Positions 39,428 to 49,629 of a stretch of 64,000 bases of DNA are shown piece after piece (the stretch's first letter is position 1; each line of letters starts with the position of its first letter). Location of the stretch: assembly GCA_025361085.1 (NCBI GenBank), contig JANYAX010000036.1:7208-71207 (forward strand). The letters run 5' to 3'. A program made the position numbers and the translations under genes. The notes beneath the pieces are model-generated. The model saw nothing but the letters and a program-made list of their open reading frames with translations, had not been told where the DNA came from and ran no database searches. The stretch is from Candidatus Nomurabacteria bacterium. Its GTDB lineage: Bacteria; Patescibacteriota; Minisyncoccia; Phycocordibacterales; UBA9973.

Positions 39428-39793
39428 ATGAATACACATAAACAAAAAATGCTTAATGAGTTAGATGAAGAATTATTCCGTTTGAAGTTTAATATCGCAC
39501 ACGATGCTCCATATGTAACGGAACTTGAATCACTAAAGCAAGTTAAGGTAAAAGAATCAGAAGAAGCCAGAGCAGAGATTGATACGATGAATGCTGTAAC
39601 TGGTCCTGCAGGTAAGAAGAAAGAACACAGAGATACATTAAAAATAAAATTGTCTGCCTATGGAAAACTTATCAATGCTATCAAAGACTACGATACAACC
39701 ATCGGTCAACTTAAAGGAAAGATTGAAGTAGCAGAAAACAAAGTTGAAATAACTAAGAAGAAAATAGAATTCTTAACTGCATACGAGGGATAA
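39428..39793 (+). CDS. Phage coiled-coil protein
   Basis: Helical charged ORF; start moved to ATG 39428. Confidence 0.65.
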   Translation: MNTHKQKMLNELDEELFRLKFNIAHDAPYVTELESLKQVKVKESEEARAEIDTMNAVTGPAGKKKEHRDTLKIKLSAYGKLINAIKDYDTTIGQLKGKIEVAENKVEITKKKIEFLTAYEG

Positions 39794-39800
39794 ATAAACG

Positions 39801-40454
39801 ATGGCAAAATACTCAGATGAAAAAAGAATAGAACACAAGGAATTAGTCAAAGACGCTCTGGTCCAAAAACCCAGAGCTTCCTTGCGTGAACTTTCTATAC
39901 TGATTGATAAAAATGTCGGCCAGAAATTTGACCCTCATTACATTTTAAAAATTGTCTCTGAGGTAAGAGATGAGAGACGAAAGCGATATTCAGATGATCC
40001 AGAAGTGCAGGAAAGAATCGCAGAGATGGAGGACAAGATGAGAAGATTGCAAGAAGAGATGTGGAAAATTGTTCTTGATGAATCGGTTTACTTGACTGGT
40101 TCAGAAATAGGACATCCAAAGACATCGAACTCATCGAAGATTAAAGCTGCACTCGCTATTATAAAATCTGAAAAAGATTTACTCGAAGCGCAGATGGATG
40201 CAGGAGTCTTTGAAAGAAAACTGGGAACGATTGATGTTGATGCAGATGCCGGAGAATATCAACCAATCTTAAATGCAATGTTTAATCTTGGAATGATTAA
40301 AGACAATGTGCCGAGCGCGAAATATGTTGAAGCAAAAGAAGTGAAAACAAAACAAATCAATGGACCAACTACTACAAAAAAACAATCCAATACTTCAAAA
40401 GGCAGTGATGGAAAGAAACTTCCGTCGAAATCTCGTAAAGGAGGGAGGGCTTAA
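39801..40454 (+). CDS. Probable terminase small subunit
   Basis: Immediately upstream of and overlapping terL; N-terminal HTH-like region and coiled coil. Confidence 0.65.
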   Translation: MAKYSDEKRIEHKELVKDALVQKPRASLRELSILIDKNVGQKFDPHYILKIVSEVRDERRKRYSDDPEVQERIAEMEDKMRRLQEEMWKIVLDESVYLTGSEIGHPKTSNSSKIKAALAIIKSEKDLLEAQMDAGVFERKLGTIDVDADAGEYQPILNAMFNLGMIKDNVPSAKYVEAKEVKTKQINGPTTTKKQSNTSKGSDGKKLPSKSRKGGRA

Positions 40455-41793
40455 AGGATTCTGCGCTGCTTATCTTCCACACTATTTCACACTTCCACAG
40501 GCAGACTTCCATCCGGAACTAATACATGATCTAGATGATTGGAGCGAAGAGAATCAATATCTTGCTAGAGAGGGATTCAGAGGATCTGCTAAAAGCTCTC
40601 TCGCTGTTACTGCTCTCATTCTCTATGCCGCACTTGAAGATAAAACAAAATTTATTATTCCAATCAACGAAACAGATGATGTTGTTAAGCTAACCATTGC
40701 CGGACTTCGTGAAGAGCTAGAAAGAAATCAGAATATAAAAAAAGACTATGGCGATTTAATTAAAAAAAATGCATCACGACAAACTGCTTTCAATGAAAAA
40801 AATATCGTGCTTCAAAATGGATGTCGTGTTATGGGCCGTTCACGTGGTCAAAAGATTCGTGGATTAAAACATAATCAGCATCGTGTTGGGCTAGTAGTAG
40901 CAGACGACATCGAAGAAGCCGAGAGAGTAGCTAAAAAAGAATATCGAGATAAAACAGAGAGATGGCTACGAGGTACTGTCATCCCTGCAATCGAAGAGGG
41001 AAAGGGTCGCTTAGTTGTTTTAGGAAATAAACTTCACACTGATGCGATTATGGAAAGATTGAAGAAGATTCCTATTTTTAAATACCGAGAATATCCACTG
41101 ATTGACCCTATAACGAACGAATGCACATGGAAAGGGAAATACCCTACTCAAGAGAGTTTAGATCGTCAGAGGGCGAAAGTAGGCGAGGCAATGTGGCAAA
41201 GAGAGTATCTCCTCAAAGTATTACCACCAGAGGGACAAGATGTAAAAGCAGATTGGATCCAATACTACGATGATATTCCAGTAGAGGCAGAGGTAGGATT
41301 ACATGGGACTGGTGTTGACCTTGCTATCAGTCAGAAAGAAACAGCAGACTATACGACGATGGTATCCGGTGTCACTGCGATGATTAATGATCTGCCAAAG
41401 ATTTATATTAAGCCATTCCCAATCAATGCTCATCTTACATTCCACGAAACGATAGAGACGGCCAAGAACATGGCACAACTTAACCCTTTATCAATTTTCT
41501 TTGTTGAACAAGTCGCCTATCAGTTAGCAGCAATTCAAGAAATGGAAAGACAGATGATTCCAGTTGTACCAATGCAAGCCGGTGGAGACAAGAGAGCAAG
41601 ACTTCGTGCAATCGCAATTTACATTCAGAATGGGACAATCCAATTCCCTAGATATGGATGTGAAGATTTAATCACACAACTTCTAGGTTTCGGAATTGAA
41701 TCACATGATGACCTAGTAGATGCATTCGTTTATTTAATTCTGGGACTGGTCCAGCAGAATATGCAAAACCCAGAGGTTAGAGGACTATTTTAA
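40360..41793 (+). CDS. terL: Terminase large subunit
   Basis: FRGSAKS Walker A, VVADDIE Walker B, GVDLA and HDDLVDA nuclease motifs. Confidence 0.95.
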   Translation: MDQLLQKNNPILQKAVMERNFRRNLVKEGGLKGFCAAYLPHYFTLPQADFHPELIHDLDDWSEENQYLAREGFRGSAKSSLAVTALILYAALEDKTKFIIPINETDDVVKLTIAGLREELERNQNIKKDYGDLIKKNASRQTAFNEKNIVLQNGCRVMGRSRGQKIRGLKHNQHRVGLVVADDIEEAERVAKKEYRDKTERWLRGTVIPAIEEGKGRLVVLGNKLHTDAIMERLKKIPIFKYREYPLIDPITNECTWKGKYPTQESLDRQRAKVGEAMWQREYLLKVLPPEGQDVKADWIQYYDDIPVEAEVGLHGTGVDLAISQKETADYTTMVSGVTAMINDLPKIYIKPFPINAHLTFHETIETAKNMAQLNPLSIFFVEQVAYQLAAIQEMERQMIPVVPMQAGGDKRARLRAIAIYIQNGTIQFPRYGCEDLITQLLGFGIESHDDLVDAFVYLILGLVQQNMQNPEVRGLF

Positions 41794-41796
41794 AAT

Positions 41797-41988
41797 ATGC
41801 TACCTATCAACCATCTAAGCCCACAGTGGCAAAAATTAATAAGGGAAATTGTAGGAGCTGCACCAAAGCTAGATTTTGCAGACATTGTCATCAAAGTGCA
41901 AAATAAACAACCGGCAATTACAGAGTACACAATCAAACGAAAGCCAGAGAATATCGATGCTCTCACAGTGACAGGATTGTTTGATTAA
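41797..41988 (+). CDS. Small protein resembling YezD/DUF2292
   Basis: 63 aa; FADIVIKVQNKQPAITE resembles the recalled FGxVxIxVxDGxxxxIE pattern. Confidence 0.5.
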   Translation: MLPINHLSPQWQKLIREIVGAAPKLDFADIVIKVQNKQPAITEYTIKRKPENIDALTVTGLFD

Positions 41989-42054
41989 TCTGTGGATGGT
42001 TTGTGTTGATGGTGGAAAGCAAATATACTTATATTATAAATTTTAATATTACTC

Positions 42055-42118
42055 GCCTGAGCGAACAACGCAGGGCCATACTTCAATCGAAAGATGAAAA
42101 GTGTGGCCCTGTTTTTTT
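42055..42118 (+). promoter_or_regulatory. Attenuator in front of the structural operon
   Basis: Terminator CAGGGCCATACTT...AAGTGTGGCCCTG-TTTTTTT ending 6 nt before the portal ATG; overlapping hairpin GCCTGAGCG-AACAA-CGCAGGGC. Confidence 0.65.
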
Positions 42119-42124
42119 ATAAAA

Positions 42125-44311
42125 ATGTCAATCATTGATAAAGCATTAAACGCAATAGGTCTCACTAAAAAAGCAAATGCTGACATACCGTTATCATCCG
42201 GAGTCTCACAAAGTGGGTTCGGACTTTTTAATTTATCGGGAACAAAAATATCAGCTGCTAAAGCAATGGGTGCATATAACGCATGGACCTATGCTTGTGT
42301 TCGTGCTATTGCAGAAGAACTCGCAAAGACACATTTTAAATTATACAAAGTCAAAAAAGATAAAGATAAAAATATCTATGAAGAAATAAGCGAACATCCA
42401 ATCCTAGATTTGCTTGATGGAGTCAATCCATATCAAACAGGATATGAACTTAAATATTTAACTGGTAGTCATCTAGAACTAACAGGAAACTCTTATTGGT
42501 TACTTGATGGAGTAACTGACGAAAAGAGTCAGCCAAAAGCACTCTACATTTTAAATCCAAAATACATCAAAGTTATACCTGCTCCACTACCAGAATTTAT
42601 CAAAGGATATTCTTATATTGTTGATGGAGTTGAAAAGACATATAAACCTTACGAGATTCTACATCACAAATACCCAGACCCAAATAATCCTTATGAGGGT
42701 ATTGGAACTGTTCAAGCAATCGCAGAATGGATTGATGCCGATAATGCAGCAACAACAATGAACGGAAAATATTTCACTAATGGCGCTCGTCTTGGTGGAA
42801 TCATTACTGCAGAGACTGCAATAACTGACGGACAAATGAAAGTTATGCGTTCATCTTTTGAGAGTTTATACAAAGGAAAAAATAATGCATACCAAGTTGG
42901 CATTTTACCAAAGGGAGCAAAGTATGAAGAGACATCCGCTACTCCAAAAGATATGGACTTCTCAACACTTCAACAAGTGATGAGAGATAAAATCCTTGGA
43001 GCATTTAGAGTACCCAAAACAATTCTCGGAACTGCCGAGAGTGAAACAAATCGCGCCACAGCTGAGACAGCTAATTATATTTTCTCAGAGCGCACCATTA
43101 AACCAAAGCTAGAACAGATCGTGCAGTACCTCAACGAATTCCTTGTACCACGATACGGCGACGATCTCGTTCTAGACTTTGAATCTCCAACACCTGCAGA
43201 CAGAGTCGCACTTATGGCAGAACTTACCGCAGCACTTGGAACAGGCCAAGCATCAATGAGTGTAAACGAAGCACGCGCACAATTCTTTGACTTACCTCCA
43301 ATTTCAAACGGAGATGAAGTCATGACATCTTTTAATTCTGTACCACTCGGAGCACCAGAGAAAAAAGAAAATACATCTATCTCGTCAAAGGGAACTACAA
43401 AGAGACCATCAGTCCGTTACGCAAAAAATGCAAAGGCAAGAAAATCTATGGCCACAGATATTGCAGAAAGAATCGCAAAAGGAATTGATGATATTCAAAC
43501 AAAGGAAAAAGAAATCAAAGAAACATCTTTAAATAAAATTAAGTCTTTAACAAAAGAGGATTATAGCGTTATGTATAAAGCCTTTTTTAACCGCGTTACT
43601 CCATACGAAAAACTTATTGCAACTGCCGTACGCAAAATGAATAAGGACCAGAAAGAAGAAGTGTTAAAAAATTTAGGAGATAACTCAAAAGCAAATATTA
43701 AATCTCCTGTCCTTGATACAGCAAAGTATGTATCCGTCTTAATTGATTTAGTCACTCCAATATTTACAGATTTATTCAGTAAAGAAGCAGACAGTGCAGC
43801 AAAGTTTATCGGTACAACATTCACACTTTCAAAACCGGTCCAAGATGCAATCAAAAGAAGTGCCGAGCTTATGTCTCAAAGTTATAACGAAACGACAGTC
43901 GCAGACATTACAGCAGTTATATCACAGGCACAACTAGAGGGAGCAAGTCTTGACCAAGTCTCAGACAGAATCTCACAAATTTATGAAGTAGCCGATGGAA
44001 TGAGAGCTGACAGAGTAGCAAGGACAGAAACATTCAGAGTTGGAAATGATGCCACGAAAGAAGCATGGAAACAGTCAGAAGTAGTTAAAACAATCAAATG
44101 GTATACGGCAGAGGATGAAGCAGTTTGTCCTTACTGTGGACCAGAAGATGGAAAAGTTATCGATATTGAAAGCGACTTCTACTCAAAGGGCGACACAGTG
44201 GTCGGAAGTGATGGCCAAGAACTCGCAATTGACTATTCAGACGTTGGAGCGCCTCCCTTACATGTTAACTGTCGATGTTACATAAGACCAGAGGATATAA
44301 GCACTGATTAA
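42125..44311 (+). CDS. HK97-type portal protein fused to a MuF/gp7-like head morphogenesis domain
   Basis: YACVRAIAEE, LDGVNPYQTG, LTGNSY, AFRVPK portal motifs; C-terminal RADRVARTET...W....D..VCPYC...PPLHVNCRC. Confidence 0.92.
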   Translation: MSIIDKALNAIGLTKKANADIPLSSGVSQSGFGLFNLSGTKISAAKAMGAYNAWTYACVRAIAEELAKTHFKLYKVKKDKDKNIYEEISEHPILDLLDGVNPYQTGYELKYLTGSHLELTGNSYWLLDGVTDEKSQPKALYILNPKYIKVIPAPLPEFIKGYSYIVDGVEKTYKPYEILHHKYPDPNNPYEGIGTVQAIAEWIDADNAATTMNGKYFTNGARLGGIITAETAITDGQMKVMRSSFESLYKGKNNAYQVGILPKGAKYEETSATPKDMDFSTLQQVMRDKILGAFRVPKTILGTAESETNRATAETANYIFSERTIKPKLEQIVQYLNEFLVPRYGDDLVLDFESPTPADRVALMAELTAALGTGQASMSVNEARAQFFDLPPISNGDEVMTSFNSVPLGAPEKKENTSISSKGTTKRPSVRYAKNAKARKSMATDIAERIAKGIDDIQTKEKEIKETSLNKIKSLTKEDYSVMYKAFFNRVTPYEKLIATAVRKMNKDQKEEVLKNLGDNSKANIKSPVLDTAKYVSVLIDLVTPIFTDLFSKEADSAAKFIGTTFTLSKPVQDAIKRSAELMSQSYNETTVADITAVISQAQLEGASLDQVSDRISQIYEVADGMRADRVARTETFRVGNDATKEAWKQSEVVKTIKWYTAEDEAVCPYCGPEDGKVIDIESDFYSKGDTVVGSDGQELAIDYSDVGAPPLHVNCRCYIRPEDISTD

Positions 44312-44336
44312 AAATAAAAATAATAAACAAAATCAA

Positions 44337-45512
44337 ATGGAGCAATATAAAAAATTAACCGAAGAGATAGCAGCAAAGATTGCAGAGAGTCTAGCAACTG
44401 ATGCAATCGCTGATTCAATCAAATCAACGAAAGCCTCAGAAGACACTGGGACTTTCAATGTTGTTATTTCAAACTCAACAAAAGATAGACAAGGGGAAAT
44501 CGTAGATCAAAACGGATGGGATTTAACAAATTACAAAAACAATCCAGTCGTTCTATGGGCGCACAATTACTCAACCTTACCCGTTGGAGTATGTGACAGC
44601 ATCGAAGTAATCAATGGTGAACTTACTGCAAAAGGTAGATTCGCTCCTCATGCATTCGCTCAAGATGTTCGCAAATTATATGAAGCAGGAATGTTACCAG
44701 CAACATCTGTCGGATTTATCGCAAAAGAGATGGAGGGAAATAAAATTTTAAAAGCAGAACTTCTAGAATTTTCATTCGTACCGGTCCCTGCAAATCCTGC
44801 TGTTAGAGACTTAGCAAAAACTCTTAACCTTAATCTTGAAGAAATGATCACCAAAGGAATTTTTACAAAATCAGAAACAGAAGATGAGATAGTAGAAACT
44901 CCCGAAGAAAAGAAAGACGAAGAGACAATTGAAATACCAGAAGAAAAAGGAGCCGTTCTAGATGCTCTTGATGAACAGGACCAGAGAGAAGCAAAGTGGG
45001 AAAACCTAGACGAAGTATTTGAAATATTTAACGCATTCTTAGATACATACTTAGATGAAAATACTCCTGCCGACCAATTCTCAACATTACTAACTGAGAC
45101 AGCACAACTGCTCGCAGACTTTGCAAAGAATCCAGTAGACGATGATGTTGCAGGAAAAATGTTGAAAGCAAAATCAAAAATTAAAACTTCTTTATTTGAG
45201 AAATTAATGTCTCAGCAAGTAGAGAAATCCGGAAAAGTATTGTCTGCTAAAAACGCAGAAATAATCAAATCAGCAATCGATGGCATGAAAGCCGCGTCCG
45301 TAACCTTAGAGGAGCTACTCACTGCTTCCGAGGGTGACGGGGAGAGTAAATCGCAAGAGATACCCTCCGAAAAAGATAATGGGTCGATAAAGGTAGCAGG
45401 ACAAAACGAAATTGTCGAAGCTTTGAAAATAAGCAACGATAGCCGACAGGTCTTGAAACTTATTGCAACCGTAGTGGGTAAATCATTAGAAAACTTTAAT
45501 AAGAAAAAATAA
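44337..45512 (+). CDS. Prohead protease with acidic scaffold-like C-terminus
   Basis: DRQGEIV, NPVVLWAH, SVGF, LLEFSFVPVPANP. Confidence 0.92.
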   Translation: MEQYKKLTEEIAAKIAESLATDAIADSIKSTKASEDTGTFNVVISNSTKDRQGEIVDQNGWDLTNYKNNPVVLWAHNYSTLPVGVCDSIEVINGELTAKGRFAPHAFAQDVRKLYEAGMLPATSVGFIAKEMEGNKILKAELLEFSFVPVPANPAVRDLAKTLNLNLEEMITKGIFTKSETEDEIVETPEEKKDEETIEIPEEKGAVLDALDEQDQREAKWENLDEVFEIFNAFLDTYLDENTPADQFSTLLTETAQLLADFAKNPVDDDVAGKMLKAKSKIKTSLFEKLMSQQVEKSGKVLSAKNAEIIKSAIDGMKAASVTLEELLTASEGDGESKSQEIPSEKDNGSIKVAGQNEIVEALKISNDSRQVLKLIATVVGKSLENFNKKK

Positions 45513-45521
45513 TTTAAACCA

Positions 45522-46709
45522 ATGAACAAAGAAACTTTAGATCAAATCAAATCAATGCTCGGCGAAACAGTCGAGTCAGTGATGGAAGCAAAACTTGCTG
45601 AGGCAGTATCTCCAATGGTAGCTTCACAAGTTAAAAGCATTGTAGACGGCCTTAAAATGGAACGTGCAATGTTCGGTAAAGACAAGACAGGATTATCAGA
45701 TGAACAAAAATCAATGTTTGTAGACACTGTTAAAGTGGCTGCAAAGATTGGTAAGACAAAGGCTAACGAAGCTTTAATTGAAGAAACAGATAACCGCGGA
45801 GGTTACCTTGTTGCTGTTGAAGTAGAAAAGGCAATTCTTAGAATTGCTGCATCAGTTGGTCTTATTCTTTCACAGGCTCAGATGTGGCCTATGGGTACCG
45901 ATAAAAAAGGTATTCCTAATTACACCGGTGCATTCCTAGAGGGCGAATTCCTAGGAGTAGATGCAGCAGGTGTACCAACAGGATTAACTTTTGGTCAAGC
46001 AATTCTTGATACTCAGAAGTGGCAACTTGCATTCATTCTCGGAAACGACTTGATTGCAGATTCCGACATCCAATTAGCAGACTGGTTACTTGCTCTTGCT
46101 GCTGAATCAATAGCAAACATGACAGATAAGCAAGGATTTATCGGCTCTGGCGCTCCATTTAACGGAATACTACCACACGCAAGTGCAACAGTAGTAACTC
46201 TTGCAACAACAAAGACAAGCTTCGATAAGTTTGATGTTGTCGCAGATGCTGCAACAGTTATTGCAAATCTTGAAGAGTCATTACTCGATGGTGCTGCTTG
46301 GTATATGTCTAGAACTGTCTGGGCATCTCTACGTACACAGAAAGATACTGGTGGAAACTTCATCTTGCCACAAGCAGGAGCTGCATCCGCAGGAGTCTTA
46401 TCTCAAAACCCAACTGGGGGTGGTGTAAAAATCGCAGGAGAAATCGGTGGATTCCCAGTATTCACATCTCGTCACTTACCTGCATTGTCAGCAACTGCAA
46501 TCTCAACTAAATATATTATTTTTGGAAACATGAAGTGTTTAGCGTTCGGAGATAAAGGCTCAATGACAGTGTCTCAATTTGAGTCCGGTGCATTCGGTGG
46601 AAAAGAAATTGCATTGTCTGATCAACGCGCTCTAGTCTACAAGAAACGTTTTGCATTAGTCGTTGCATTACCTGCTGGCTTCGTTGTTGTTAGAACATCA
46701 GCGTCTTAA
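45522..46709 (+). CDS. Major capsid protein (HK97 fold)
   Basis: GGYLV, delta-domain-like N-terminus, WYMS, GFPV, IIFGN; position after the protease. Confidence 0.92.
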   Translation: MNKETLDQIKSMLGETVESVMEAKLAEAVSPMVASQVKSIVDGLKMERAMFGKDKTGLSDEQKSMFVDTVKVAAKIGKTKANEALIEETDNRGGYLVAVEVEKAILRIAASVGLILSQAQMWPMGTDKKGIPNYTGAFLEGEFLGVDAAGVPTGLTFGQAILDTQKWQLAFILGNDLIADSDIQLADWLLALAAESIANMTDKQGFIGSGAPFNGILPHASATVVTLATTKTSFDKFDVVADAATVIANLEESLLDGAAWYMSRTVWASLRTQKDTGGNFILPQAGAASAGVLSQNPTGGGVKIAGEIGGFPVFTSRHLPALSATAISTKYIIFGNMKCLAFGDKGSMTVSQFESGAFGGKEIALSDQRALVYKKRFALVVALPAGFVVVRTSAS

Positions 46710-46732
46710 TCTTAACTTAGAAATTTTAATTT

Positions 46733-46924
46733 ATGAGTAAAGAATTAAACAAGTACACAGTACTTAAACCAATCGGAGTCTATGGAGAACGCTACGAGAA
46801 AGGTGCTGAGGTAAAACTCACATCTGACGAAGCGGAGAACATCGGCGACGAATATGTGAAGCTCTCGAAAGGTGAAACTACTGACGAAGTAGCAACAACT
46901 AAGAAAGCAAACAAAAAGGCCTAA
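46733..46924 (+). CDS. Small head-associated protein
   Basis: 63-aa ORF after the capsid gene (Y..G..V.LT..EA pattern). Confidence 0.65.
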   Translation: MSKELNKYTVLKPIGVYGERYEKGAEVKLTSDEAENIGDEYVKLSKGETTDEVATTKKANKKA

Positions 46925-46969
46925 GTCTCGGCTCTGCTCCCAAGCAATTGGGAGCAGGAACGGGGACTT
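46923..46969 (+). promoter_or_regulatory. Stable stem-loop after the capsid genes
   Basis: CTGCTCCCAA-GCAA-TTGGGAGCAG within AAGTCTCG/CGGGGACTT. Confidence 0.6.
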
Positions 46970-46992
46970 ATAAAATATCCTCGAAAAATATT

Positions 46993-47613
46993 ATGCCTAC
47001 ACCACAAGAAACAATAGTATCGTATGCACTTACAACAGTGCAGAGAGTAAAAGATAGACTCGTAATAGACAACACAAATTTTGATGTGTTATTTGCTCGT
47101 TTAATAAGCTCTGTAACTGATTTTATTGAGAGTCAATGTGACATACATTTTAAAGAAACAGTTTATACCAACGAAGCATACTCCGTTTTAAATCATCAAA
47201 AAGAACTCATTTTAAAAAATATACCAGTAAGCGAAGTTACATCATTTCAATATCGAGCAGGGGTCAAATCTAATCCTTGTTGGACCGATTATCAAATTGA
47301 TTCATGGGAGCTCCTACCGGATGAGGGAATCATCTACGTCCATGGTGGGATGGTTGCGGGGATTAACACAGCACAGGTCACTTATAAAGCCGGATACAAG
47401 ATTGATTTTGCAAATGCAGGGACATCAACTCATACACTACCAGCCGATCTATCAGAATTATGCGAGAGATTGGTAATCAGAACATTCAAGCGTCGAGATG
47501 CAGAGGGAAAAGAATCAGAAGCATTTGATAGGTCGACAATTAAATTCTTAACGGATCTAACCGAAGAGGACAAATCAATAATAAATAAATACTCTAGAGT
47601 TACGTTCAGATAA
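46993..47613 (+). CDS. Head-tail adaptor (gp6/gp15-like)
   Basis: LTTVQRVKDRL, VTYKAGY, LPADL motifs; start at ATG 46993. Confidence 0.8.
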   Translation: MPTPQETIVSYALTTVQRVKDRLVIDNTNFDVLFARLISSVTDFIESQCDIHFKETVYTNEAYSVLNHQKELILKNIPVSEVTSFQYRAGVKSNPCWTDYQIDSWELLPDEGIIYVHGGMVAGINTAQVTYKAGYKIDFANAGTSTHTLPADLSELCERLVIRTFKRRDAEGKESEAFDRSTIKFLTDLTEEDKSIINKYSRVTFR

Positions 47614-47616
47614 AAA

Positions 47617-47985
47617 ATGATAGAAATTAATGTCGAAATTAAAAACCTAAACACACTTACAGATAGATTTAAAAGGTATCCGGAGATAAGCACACCAATA
47701 CTTCAAAAGGCAGTTAATGCGGCATCGGTCTATCTAGGAAAGTATTCAGTCAGAGGGGTTGTGCCTTGGAAATCAGGAAATCTAATGCACTCGTTCAGAT
47801 TAAACATTGGAGACTTGCAAGCAGAATGGACACCGACCGCATATTACGCAATTTTTGTAAACAACGGGACGATAAAACAGAGAGCAAATCCATTTATGCA
47901 AAGAGTAAGAGACTTAGCTAAACCGGAAATAGATAAAGTGTTTGAAAATGCTTTGGAGAAGATAACAAAAGAAATAATGCAATAA
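47617..47985 (+). CDS. HK97 gp10-like neck/tail-completion protein
   Basis: VPWKSGNL..S, YAIFVNNGT, ANPFM. Confidence 0.85.
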   Translation: MIEINVEIKNLNTLTDRFKRYPEISTPILQKAVNAASVYLGKYSVRGVVPWKSGNLMHSFRLNIGDLQAEWTPTAYYAIFVNNGTIKQRANPFMQRVRDLAKPEIDKVFENALEKITKEIMQ

Positions 47986-47989
47986 ATAT

Positions 47990-48430
47990 ATGTCATTAAT
48001 TACAAATATAAAAAATCAAATAAAAATAAAACTTGATGCGTTAGTTACAGCACACACACTTGGAGAGGTTCAAGTAGACGATTTTAAAAATGGATTGTTT
48101 GATAGAGATTATGGCAAATTCCCAGTCGCAATAGTAACGACTCCATCAGTTGAGGGAAGCTATCTAACAAATTGCCAAAATGAAAGATTATATACATACG
48201 AAATAATCGTTATACAGAAAGGTGAAAATGTGACATCACCGACAGAGACAGAAGAGTTAATTGAATCATTACTCGATGCTTTCGATAATGATCCAACCCT
48301 TAATGGAAAAGCTGACGGAGGAGTCGAACCGTCATCATCGACGCCACAAGCGGTGTCATCGAGAGACAAAACATATATTGCTTTCTCGATAATATTAAAA
48401 GCCAAAGCAGTTAAAGACCTAATATATTAA
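47990..48430 (+). CDS. Probable tail terminator
   Basis: Position before the tail tube gene; FPVAIV, DPTLNG motifs. Confidence 0.7.
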   Translation: MSLITNIKNQIKIKLDALVTAHTLGEVQVDDFKNGLFDRDYGKFPVAIVTTPSVEGSYLTNCQNERLYTYEIIVIQKGENVTSPTETEELIESLLDAFDNDPTLNGKADGGVEPSSSTPQAVSSRDKTYIAFSIILKAKAVKDLIY

Positions 48431-48436
48431 ATATTT

Positions 48437-48604
48437 ATGATAGAAAAATCAACAAATAAATCAATGGGCGATAAAAAAGAACTTAAAACAAAAGAGGAAT
48501 ATCACTTCGCAGGTGGAACAGAATACAAACCAATCACTATCGAAGCAGAGAGCAAGGAAGAAGCAGAAAAAATTTACAAAGAAAAAAGAGAAAAAGTCGC
48601 TTAA
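48437..48604 (+). CDS. Phage small protein (55 aa, not in the ORF track)
   Basis: MIEKSTNK...TIEAESKEEAEKIY. Confidence 0.55.
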   Translation: MIEKSTNKSMGDKKELKTKEEYHFAGGTEYKPITIEAESKEEAEKIYKEKREKVA

Positions 48605-48638
48605 TAAAATTATTAATAATTAAATTTAAAAAAATAAC

Positions 48639-49625
48639 ATGAGTAAAGGAATTGGAAGATTAATGAGTGCAGGGATAGCAAAAGAAAGTGTTCGTGGAAC
48701 TGCAGAAACAGCCGCAACATTTTATATCCCATTTAGTGAAGCAAACTTTATACCTAAAGACGACAAAATAACTGATGAGCAGTCATATGGAGTTATTGAA
48801 GATAGTATCGCACAGTCAATCGTAAAAGAATGGTCCGAGATTGAACTAGGTGCACCGTTAACAGATAAAAGTTTTGGTTTGATATTACTCGCAGCTCTTG
48901 GATCAGTAAATACAGCATCAAATCCAGATGCAGGTGGTAACGTAAAAGACCATACATTTACAGTTTCTCAGTCATCACAGCATCAATCTTTGACAATGTT
49001 CTTGGATGATCCAATTGGTGCAGCAGACTACAAATTCGCTCTTGGAGCATTGAGTAGTCTTGAAATTAGTTATGAACTAGGTAAATACGTGACATATAAG
49101 GCAAAGTTTATGGCAAAAAAAGGAGCAAGTGCAACCCTTACTCCATCAACAACAGTCGAAAATCGTTTCTTACCTCAAAACCTTACATTCAAACTTGCTA
49201 CAAATCTAGCAGGCTTAACAGCTGCAAGTGCAGTCGCTATAAAAAAAGTCAATATCACTATTGAAAAGAATTTGGAATCAGATGATGTCTTGGGTTCAAC
49301 AACTCCTGCAGACTTCTTAAATAAACAATTCTCAATCAAAGGATCACTTGAAGCGATCTGGCAAAACGAAGCAGACTTTAAAACTGCAGCTTTAGCAGGT
49401 ACAGCTCAAGCAATGAGAATTGATTTAATAAGTGCAGTAACAATCGGAACAGCTGCACATCCACAGATTACGATAGATCTTGCAAAGATAATATTTAGTG
49501 ATCACTCTGACCCAATCAAACTAAACAACATCATGACTCAGACATTATCATTTAAGGCTTTATATAGCACAACTGATTCAAAATTAGTAACAATCAAGTT
49601 AACTAACCTACAAACTTCATATTAA
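48639..49625 (+). CDS. Major tail (tube) protein
   Basis: GIAKESVRGT N-terminus; 328 aa; precedes the chaperone and tape measure genes. Confidence 0.85.
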   Translation: MSKGIGRLMSAGIAKESVRGTAETAATFYIPFSEANFIPKDDKITDEQSYGVIEDSIAQSIVKEWSEIELGAPLTDKSFGLILLAALGSVNTASNPDAGGNVKDHTFTVSQSSQHQSLTMFLDDPIGAADYKFALGALSSLEISYELGKYVTYKAKFMAKKGASATLTPSTTVENRFLPQNLTFKLATNLAGLTAASAVAIKKVNITIEKNLESDDVLGSTTPADFLNKQFSIKGSLEAIWQNEADFKTAALAGTAQAMRIDLISAVTIGTAAHPQITIDLAKIIFSDHSDPIKLNNIMTQTLSFKALYSTTDSKLVTIKLTNLQTSY

Positions 49626-49629
49626 TTTT

